Shown: piece after piece, positions 10,120-16,499 of the stretch
Layout: each line of letters begins with the position of its first letter
How positions within the stretch are numbered: the stretch's first letter is position 1
NCBI GenBank assembly: GCA_044345055.1
Contig: JBIJBT010000039.1
Coordinates: 1-24,893, forward strand
Length of the DNA stretch: 24,893 nt
Direction: 5' to 3'
DNA from: Bdellovibrionota bacterium
Lineage (GTDB): Bacteria; Bdellovibrionota_C; UBA2361; OMIW01
The notes under the pieces: model-generated
Told to the model about the DNA's origin: nothing
Seen by the model: the letters and a program-made list of their open reading frames with translations, nothing else
Database searches by the model: none
Program-made: the position numbers and the translations under genes

Positions 10120-10908
10120 GTGGGAATAGAGAGAATTACCGCAGCATTCAAACAGGACGAGCCGCTCCTCTCGATGTGGACGGCAGTGGGATTTCCGTTT
10201 CGGGATTCAGCTCCAGCAGTATGCGCGTCGCTCGTAAAGGGTGGGGCGGGAATGATAGAGCTTGGGATTCCGTATTCTGATCCTTTAGCTGATGGTCCAA
10301 CGATTCAGGCCGTTAACGCGCAGGCGCTTACGCACGGCGCAGGTGTTGCGCTCTGTTTTGAACAGCTTCCCGCCATCCGCGCAGCGGTTGGCGAAGTGCC
10401 GATACTGGCGATGGGATATGTTAATCCGATGATGCAGTATGGGTATGAGCGATTCTTGGTTTCGCTAAAAGAGGCAGGAGGGGACGGTATCATTATCCCC
10501 GATCTTCCAATTCCGGAGTATCGCCGCTCGGTTGAGCCTATCATTGAAGAGCTCGGGCTTGGCTTTATCGGACTCGTTACGATCGATTCATCTGAGGAGC
10601 GTATTCGATTGATCGACTCTCTCTCGCGCGGATTCGTTTATGCCGTGTCGTCGCGGGCGGTAACGGGAGGCCAGTGGTCTTCGGACCCAGAGCGACTCGC
10701 CTTTTTGCAGCGATTGCGCTCGATGAAGCTCAAGAATCCTGTAATGGTTGGTTTTGGTATAGATAGTCGCGAAGCGTTTTCTGCGGTGGCAGCTCATGCG
10801 GATGGAGCTATTATTGCGAGCGCGTTTGTTAAGCGGCTTCTTGAACAAAGCGGTGCAAGCAGCCCTGCTGCGTGTGCTGAAGCGTTTGTTCGGGAGATTG
10901 TTGGCTGA
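10120..10908 (+). CDS. trpA: Tryptophan synthase alpha chain
   Basis: IELGIPYSDPLADGPTIQ, MGYVNP, IIPDLP, GFVYAVS, VTG, VGFGI, ADGAII. GTG start with GGAGG/AGG upstream. Confidence 0.96.
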   Translation: MGIERITAAFKQDEPLLSMWTAVGFPFRDSAPAVCASLVKGGAGMIELGIPYSDPLADGPTIQAVNAQALTHGAGVALCFEQLPAIRAAVGEVPILAMGYVNPMMQYGYERFLVSLKEAGGDGIIIPDLPIPEYRRSVEPIIEELGLGFIGLVTIDSSEERIRLIDSLSRGFVYAVSSRAVTGGQWSSDPERLAFLQRLRSMKLKNPVMVGFGIDSREAFSAVAAHADGAIIASAFVKRLLEQSGASSPAACAEAFVREIVG

Positions 10909-11012
10909 GGCGGAGAGATGCCGGGATTGTGTACAGCAGTTGGGCCGAGTTGGGCTTGAGAGAGTTTAAACAGTTAGCGTTATCATCAGATAGCGTAACT
11001 GTGCGGGCGCTG

Positions 11013-11423
11013 CTACTTGCGGACCTTTGAAGAGAATATAGCCTGTAGCACGCGCTTTTCAAGCACTTCGGTGGTAAATGGCTTAGTGAGGTAAGAGGTG
11101 ATACCTAACTGAGCCGCACGAATTACATTTTCTCGATCGGCCTCATTTGTGAGCAGAATAAAAGGTGTTTGGTCGTGGAGTACGTTAGAACGCACGTATT
11201 GTAGAAGCTCAAAGCCTGACATCTCTGGCATGTGCCAATCGGAGATAATGAGCGAAAAGGTAGTTGTGTGAAGTTTTTCAACCGCCTCTTTTGCGTTGGC
11301 TGCTTGAACAATATTGGTAAAGCCGATGCTCACCAATTGGCTCTGAACTATACGACGGATTGACGACTGATCATCGACGACCAGGATTCGGAGGGAGCTG
11401 CGGGAGACAGGACCTGTGTTCAT
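11013..11423 (-). CDS. CheY-like single-domain response regulator
   Basis: ILVVDD...IISDWHMPEMSG (phospho-Asp)...LLT...YLTKPF; a stand-alone receiver domain. Confidence 0.9.
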   Translation of the reverse strand: MNTGPVSRSSLRILVVDDQSSIRRIVQSQLVSIGFTNIVQAANAKEAVEKLHTTTFSLIISDWHMPEMSGFELLQYVRSNVLHDQTPFILLTNEADRENVIRAAQLGITSYLTKPFTTEVLEKRVLQAIFSSKVRK

Positions 11424-11524
11424 CGTCGGATCGAGATATGTCGGAAGGAGGTTGGCGCAGGGGTAAAAAGGCTGGATGTCGGTAAGTCAACGCGAAAAAT
11501 TTTTTCTCATTTGTCAAGGCTACC

Positions 11525-12547
11525 ATGATTATTCAATTAGACCAAGTAATTACCGATGAAGCTCGTCGCGCAGTCTTTGATCAGCTTCGAGCCATCGGGC
11601 TTCGGCCGACTGAGGTGCGTACTCAATTTCGGGAGTATCTCGTCTGCATGGGAGACAGCGCGATCGATATTCGAATAATTGGCGCTATATCGGGGGTGAG
11701 CGATGTTCATCGAGTTCTAGATCCTTATCAACTTGTTTCGCGCTCGTGGCGAGTTCACCCGACGACGATAGATCTTGGCGATGGCGTTACTATCTCAGAA
11801 GGGGGTGGAACGATCATGATGGGCCCATGCTCGGTTGAATCGCCTGAGCAGCTTGAATCGGTCGCCCGTTTTCTTGTCTCGGAGGGTGTTCAGATTATTC
11901 GAGGTGGCGTCTTTAAGCCCCGCTCCTCGCCCTATTCGTTCCGAGGACTCGGTGCTGAAGGGCTGCGGCTCTTTTCGAATATCGTTAAACCACTTGGTCT
12001 TAAAGTCATCTCCGAGGTACTCGAGCCGAGTCAGATCGAAGAGATGTTCGACGTTGTCGATATATTTCAGGTCGGTGCGCGAAATTCCCAAAACTTCAGC
12101 CTTCTCGATGCTCTCGGAAAGGTCGATAAACCGGTACTCTTGAAGCGCGGGCTTTCAGGAACTATAGAGGAGCTCCTTCAGTCGGCCGAGTACATCTACG
12201 CAAACGGTAATGAACGGATCATCCTCTGCGAGCGCGGCATCCGCACCTACGAAAAAGCCTATCGAAATACTCTCGACCTCAACGCAATTCCAATCCTCAA
12301 AGAAAAAACTCACCTCCCGGTGATAGTCGATCCATCCCACGGTATCGGCATCCGTCGACATGTTCACCCCATGAGTCTTGCGGCTCTGATGGCGGGTGCC
12401 GATGGACTTATTATCGAGACACACCCTATCCCAGAGGAAGCAAAGTCCGATGGAGATCAAAGCTTAAATTTTGCCGAGGCAAAGAGGTTAATTTCAGCAG
12501 CGCGAGAAGTGTCGAAGTTGAGGAGGGAAATGGAATGGCGTGGGTGA
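11525..12547 (+). CDS. aroF: 3-deoxy-7-phosphoheptulonate (DAHP) synthase, type I-beta, with N-terminal regulatory domain
   Basis: GPCSVES, RGGVFKPRSSPYSFRGLG, QVGARNSQNF, LLKRG, LCERGIRT, VDPSHG, IETHP, SDGDQS; ~70-aa N-terminal extension. Confidence 0.92.
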   Translation: MIIQLDQVITDEARRAVFDQLRAIGLRPTEVRTQFREYLVCMGDSAIDIRIIGAISGVSDVHRVLDPYQLVSRSWRVHPTTIDLGDGVTISEGGGTIMMGPCSVESPEQLESVARFLVSEGVQIIRGGVFKPRSSPYSFRGLGAEGLRLFSNIVKPLGLKVISEVLEPSQIEEMFDVVDIFQVGARNSQNFSLLDALGKVDKPVLLKRGLSGTIEELLQSAEYIYANGNERIILCERGIRTYEKAYRNTLDLNAIPILKEKTHLPVIVDPSHGIGIRRHVHPMSLAALMAGADGLIIETHPIPEEAKSDGDQSLNFAEAKRLISAAREVSKLRREMEWRG

Positions 12548-12665
12548 TGGGGGATTGGGGTTATATACTCTCAGCTGTTTGGAGGCTGACTAAATTTGTT
12601 TTGATGTGGTTAATGAATCCTTGGTCGATTAGCTACGTTGCTGAGATAAAAAGGGCTCAGGAAAT

Positions 12666-13310
12666 CTATTTCGCTAGACAAGACAATCTCGTTCGACGAC
12701 GGCACATTGCTCCTCTTCGTTCAATATAATAGCCTATCGATAAACCGATCAAACCTGTCACCAGAAGTGCTAGAAAATCTGTGGCACCTTGAAAGACGGC
12801 ATCTCCCCTCCTAGTCTGTATTGTTATCAAAAATTGCCCAATCACAGCCAGATGTACCCAGAAGTACAAAGGTGGTTTCAATTGTTTAGCCGAGATTGAT
12901 GTTTTCCCCCTTGAAGTAAAGCTCTGTAATTCTAGATCCTCAACCGCTTCGAGAGGTAGCTCAACTATCTCTGAATTAAACTGAGCGCGGTTCTCTAATT
13001 GCTGCTCCGAGTTGCGAGCTTGAATTCGCCAATAGCGTACCTCTCGTAACGAGTACTGGAGCATGGTCGAGAGGAAATCGATAGCGACCACAGTAACTAG
13101 CACACAGGTTAAAATAAAACCGAATTTAAGCGATTCCGTCTTGTAAGCAATGATCAAAACTCCCAAGACGAACACCCCCGGCAACATCGCAAACTTTTTC
13201 TTGGGAGGAGCAACCCGCGCCACAGCCCAAAAACGGCAAAAGTCGGTATCACTCATTGAGTCGGCTTGTTCGATTATTTTTCTTAAATGATTATTCATCA
13301 AAATCCCCAT
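12666..13310 (-). CDS. Hypothetical membrane protein (~4 predicted TM segments)
   Basis: 214-aa ORF with two hydrophobic pairs (AMLPGVFVLGVLIIAY / FGFILTCVLVTVVAI and PLYFWVHLAVIGQFLITI / FLALLVTGLIGLSIGYY) around a soluble loop. No family recognised; start uncertain. Confidence 0.6.
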   Translation of the reverse strand: MGILMNNHLRKIIEQADSMSDTDFCRFWAVARVAPPKKKFAMLPGVFVLGVLIIAYKTESLKFGFILTCVLVTVVAIDFLSTMLQYSLREVRYWRIQARNSEQQLENRAQFNSEIVELPLEAVEDLELQSFTSRGKTSISAKQLKPPLYFWVHLAVIGQFLITIQTRRGDAVFQGATDFLALLVTGLIGLSIGYYIERRGAMCRRRTRLSCLAK

Positions 13311-13539
13311 CGCAAATCAGTTGCTGATGAAATTGATCGCTTTATTCGTCCGCTTAGTGATAGCTCTCAATCAAGTCTCTCAATGCCAGTGACTGCAGCC
13401 CCATCTCCTACGCCTCTAATATGCTCCCAATATATCACTTTTGCCTCGATTCTTTTCGCCTCTGAGATGTCGAGAGCTAGACCCAAATAATATCCTTGCA
13501 ATCCAATAATATTGCGCGTATTTTGTACTAAGATATGTA

Positions 13540-13584
13540 TTTAAGCGTAAAATCGCTATCAAATAAGTCGCTTTTACGCTTAAA
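13540..13584. promoter_or_regulatory. 13-bp perfect inverted repeat (operator-like) upstream of the ATPase gene
   Basis: TTTAAGCGTAAAA (13540-13552), 19 nt, TTTTACGCTTAAA (13572-13584). It lies in an AT-rich divergent intergenic region downstream of a candidate TTGCAA-17-TATTTT promoter (13496-13524). Confidence 0.55.
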
Positions 13585-13623
13585 GGGACTTTAAGGACTA
13601 TACATCTCTTAAGATTCTTTCCA

Positions 13624-15042
13624 ATGTTTATCGGTCGTACCCTCGAACTAAATCAGCTAAAAAGCTTTTTTTTGCAGAACAGAGCCGCTATCGCGGTCAT
13701 TTATGGGCGTCGGCGAGTTGGTAAGAGTTCGCTTATTAGAGAGGCGGCGCGCGGTCATCATTTTTTCTCTTTTGAGGGAGTTGAAGGCCAGTCGAGGTCG
13801 AAGCAGATTCGGATTTTTATTCATCAACTGCGCGAGCATGGGGTGAGTGATATTCCATCTGATGTCAAAGAGTGGTTCGAGCTGTTGCCGTATCTTGCTG
13901 AATTGGTAAATCCAAACGAGCCCACCGTCATTGTTCTTGATGAATTTCAGTGGCTCGGAAATTACCGGCAGGATATCGTGAGTGAGCTTAAATTGGTTTG
14001 GGACCAGAAGCTCTCTCACTTGCCGAACCTTAAGCTGATTCTCTGTGGGTCGGTTGCATCATTTATGGTGAAAAAGGTAGTTCGGTCGCGAGCCCTTTTT
14101 GGTCGCTGTGCGCTGAGCATCGATCTTCAACCGTTTTCCCTCTGTGAAACCCGCGCCCTATTGGCGGATAAGTCAGAAGAAGAGGTTCTTCTTGCGCATC
14201 AATGTGTAGGTGGTATTCCGTATTACCTCTCGTTGCTGACCGATCGATCCTCTGTGCTTCTTTCTCTTGCCTTTCATTGTTCGACTGCGGCAAGTACCTT
14301 TGTGACAGAGTTTCAGAAAATTTTTGTCAGCCATTTTGGTAAGAATGCACTCTACGAGAGTTTGATTCGAGCCCTAAAATCACGGCGGTACGGTGCGAGT
14401 AGAGCTGAGCTCATACAAGATTTGCATGTCTCAAATTCGGGATATCTCACCGCAGCACTTGAGGATCTTGAGTATGCTGGAATGATCTCCTCTTTCGTTC
14501 CCTATGACAAAAAAAGGAATTCTCATACGAAGCGCTACGTACTGGTTGATAGGTATTTAGACTTTTATCTGACCTTTATTGAACCACTGATACAAAGTGG
14601 CGAGCTTGGGCGAATTAACTTTATAAGCCAGGTTTTTGAAACGGCTTGTATGGTCAGCTGGCTCGGGAAGAGCTTTGAGCTAACGTGCCTTCGTGAAGCA
14701 TCGAAGATTGCGGGAATTCTCGGATTTGGTGGAATCCGTTTTGAAGCTGGTCCATTCTTTCAGCACGGCAAAAAAGGCGATCTTGTCGGGGTGCAGTTTG
14801 ATCTGGTGTTCGGTCGTGCCGACAAGGTCGTGACGGTCTGCGAAGTAAAATGTCTCGATGTGCCGGTGCCACTGTCTGTTGGTAAGCACTTTGCGAAACA
14901 GGTCGACGCAGTTTTTGATAGATCCAAGGTCACGGTTCAAAGGGTGCTGATTTCAAAGACTGCACCGAGTAAAGAGCTTGAGAATAGTCATCTGTTCTCA
15001 TCAGTAATAAAGCTCGAAGATCTCTTAGAGGCTGCGAAATAA
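13624..15042 (+). CDS. AAA ATPase (archaeal-ATPase/ATPase_2-like) with wHTH-like and C-terminal PD-(D/E)XK/DUF234-like domain
   Basis: MFIGRTLEL start, Walker A YGRRRVGKS, Walker B VIVLDEFQ, LILCGS, GGIPYYL, helix-turn-helix-like segment (SRAELIQDL..SNSGYLTAALEDLEYAG), C-terminal QFDLVF...VCEVK. Confidence 0.85.
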   Translation: MFIGRTLELNQLKSFFLQNRAAIAVIYGRRRVGKSSLIREAARGHHFFSFEGVEGQSRSKQIRIFIHQLREHGVSDIPSDVKEWFELLPYLAELVNPNEPTVIVLDEFQWLGNYRQDIVSELKLVWDQKLSHLPNLKLILCGSVASFMVKKVVRSRALFGRCALSIDLQPFSLCETRALLADKSEEEVLLAHQCVGGIPYYLSLLTDRSSVLLSLAFHCSTAASTFVTEFQKIFVSHFGKNALYESLIRALKSRRYGASRAELIQDLHVSNSGYLTAALEDLEYAGMISSFVPYDKKRNSHTKRYVLVDRYLDFYLTFIEPLIQSGELGRINFISQVFETACMVSWLGKSFELTCLREASKIAGILGFGGIRFEAGPFFQHGKKGDLVGVQFDLVFGRADKVVTVCEVKCLDVPVPLSVGKHFAKQVDAVFDRSKVTVQRVLISKTAPSKELENSHLFSSVIKLEDLLEAAK

Positions 15043-15276
15043 GGGGGTTCGAGGCGAGGCGGTGGATGGAGCGTAGAGGAGGGGATGATTGTGTTTGACG
15101 GAATCGTTCTCGAACGGCACCAACTTCTGGACCAATTCCCCAGATGGAAATCTTTGTTGCATATGCCAAGGATATGCTAGAAATTTGCGATATGTCCCAA
15201 GGAGCTCTTCCACTCTTTTTTCTTTCTGCGAAAGATTTTCCATCACCATATCTAGTTCTAATTTCCGATGATCCAC
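15025..15276 (-). other. Short ORF / possible gene fragment abutting the repeat array
   Basis: 83-aa ORF. The first ~60 aa look protein-like (ENLSQKEKRVEELLGTYRKFLAYPWH...ELVQKLVPFEND), while the tail overlaps the ATPase 3' end. Not confidently assigned. Confidence 0.25.
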
Positions 15277-16352
15277 AGCCTCCCTCTGGGTGCGCGGGCC
15301 CCCGCCCGCATTTCTTTGAGGGATGGTGGTACTTGATGCGGACCGGAGGTCCGCGCACCCAGGATATTGTCCCCGAGATGATTCACAACGTCAGCCTCCC
15401 CCTCCTGGGTACGCGGGCCTCCGGCCCGCATTTCTTCGAGGGATGGTGGTACTTCATGCGGACCGGAGGTCCGCGCACCCAGGATCTTGTCCCCGAGATG
15501 ATTCACAACGTCAGCCTCCCCCTCCTGGGTACGCGGGCCTCCGGCCCGCATTTCCCGCGGCGGCACCACACCACCTTCATTCCGCTCTCCCCAGCCGTGC
15601 CAAGCGCTGCTCCATCGCCACTCCTCCTTCGTACGGCACAAATAAGCTCTTACCGGATTATCCCAGATATATGACTGAACTACTTCATAATGGCGGTGAT
15701 CGCGAACAAATCGATCAAAATAGTCCTCCATCCAGAAAACACCGGTCCTGCCCAGAAGGCGATTAGCTTCTCGCGCAGTGAATGTTTTCCACGAACGGAC
15801 GACATTGGACAAGGGATTTCCGTGAATCGTTTCGAGAAGCACATGCACATGATTCGGCATGATACACCATTCAAGAAGGTGGTAGCGCTGATTGTCGAAA
15901 CGGAGAAGCGCATCTTCAACTAACTGAGCAATCCGCGGGTCGCGAAGCCAGCACGCACCGTGTCCTGCGTCTTCGTACTTGTCTATATATTCGCGCAGTT
16001 TTGCTCGACGATCATCGTTTTCTTTATCGATCACCGCTGCACCAAGAAGCCCCAGCTCGTTTTGCCACCCCTGAACGACTTCATCAGGCACGCTGTCTCC
16101 GAGGCGAAAGGTGATGTTTTGAACAAGGCCTGAGAGATCGATGTGCGGGTGGTAGCCACGGGAGTACCAACCTTTTTGTGAGGGTGGGGTGGGTGCTTGG
16201 GGGTAGGCAGTTTCAGCTGAGGATTTTGGGGTGGTTTCGGAGGATTGCTGTACTTCATGCGGACCGGAGGTCCGCGCACCCAGGACCTTGTCCCCGAGAT
16301 GATTCACAACGTTAGCCTCCCTCCCCTGGGTACGCGGGCCTCCGGCCCGCAT
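15258..16352 (-). CDS. REP-associated tyrosine transposase (RAYT / TnpA-REP, IS200-like HUH Y1 family)
   Basis: GWYSRGYHPH, ITFRLGDSVP, WCIMPNHVHVL (HUH), VRSWKTFTA, FWMEDYFDRFVR, YIWDNPV (catalytic Tyr), WRWSSA. The core spans ~15605-16175 and is flanked by palindromic repeats. Start uncertain (ATG 16352, GTG 16307 or GTG 16427). Confidence 0.9.
   Translation of the reverse strand: MRAGGPRTQGREANVVNHLGDKVLGARTSGPHEVQQSSETTPKSSAETAYPQAPTPPSQKGWYSRGYHPHIDLSGLVQNITFRLGDSVPDEVVQGWQNELGLLGAAVIDKENDDRRAKLREYIDKYEDAGHGACWLRDPRIAQLVEDALLRFDNQRYHLLEWCIMPNHVHVLLETIHGNPLSNVVRSWKTFTAREANRLLGRTGVFWMEDYFDRFVRDHRHYEVVQSYIWDNPVRAYLCRTKEEWRWSSAWHGWGERNEGGVVPPREMRAGGPRTQEGEADVVNHLGDKILGARTSGPHEVPPSLEEMRAGGPRTQEGEADVVNHLGDNILGARTSGPHQVPPSLKEMRAGARAPRGRLWIIGN
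15286..15551. repeat. Left REP/BIME-like array: five alternating inverted hairpin repeats, 120-bp period
   Basis: Forward units CCTGGGTACGCGGGCCTCCGGCCCGCAT at 15404-15431 and 15524-15551 (degenerate copy 15286-15311). Reverse units ATGCGGACCGGAGGTCCGCGCACCCAGG at 15336-15363 and 15456-15483. Conserved 24- and 40-nt linkers. Confidence 0.95.
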
Positions 16353-16471
16353 TTCTTCGAGGGATTGCTGTACTTCATGCGGACCGGAGGTCCGCGCACC
16401 CAGGATCTTGTCCCCGAGATGTTTCACAACGTCAGCCTCCCCCTCCAGGGTACGCGGGCTTCGGCCCGTAT
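16257..16471. repeat. Right REP/BIME-like array: four alternating inverted hairpin repeats, 120-bp period
   Basis: Reverse units at 16257-16284 and 16377-16404, forward unit at 16325-16352, degenerate forward unit at 16445-16471. Linkers are closely similar to those of the left array. Confidence 0.95.
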
Positions 16472-16499
16472 TGCTTCGTTAGCCTACATTTAACCCCAA

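Larger units (their letters stand above)
15265..16471. mobile_element. RAYT-REP locus (REPtron-like)
   Basis: Y1 HUH nuclease gene bracketed by arrays of the same palindromic repeat; no tnpB and no terminal IR/TSD seen. Confidence 0.8.

Noticed and set aside
12535..12729. 64-aa + strand ORF after aroF
   Set aside because: It overlaps both neighbours and has no recognisable features; probably spurious.
15144..15766. + strand ORFs 15144-15674 and 15323-15766 (and 16245-16493) with internal peptide repeats
   Set aside because: These are shadow frames produced by the stop-poor 120-bp repeat, antisense to the RAYT gene.
15552..16256. IS200/IS605 element with tnpB or an omega-RNA
   Set aside because: No TnpB/IscB ORF is nearby, and the motifs and flanking multi-copy palindromes fit RAYT better.
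15286..16471. CRISPR array interpretation of the 28-bp palindromic repeats
   Set aside because: Repeats alternate in orientation, the intervening sequences are near-identical rather than unique spacers, and no cas genes are present.
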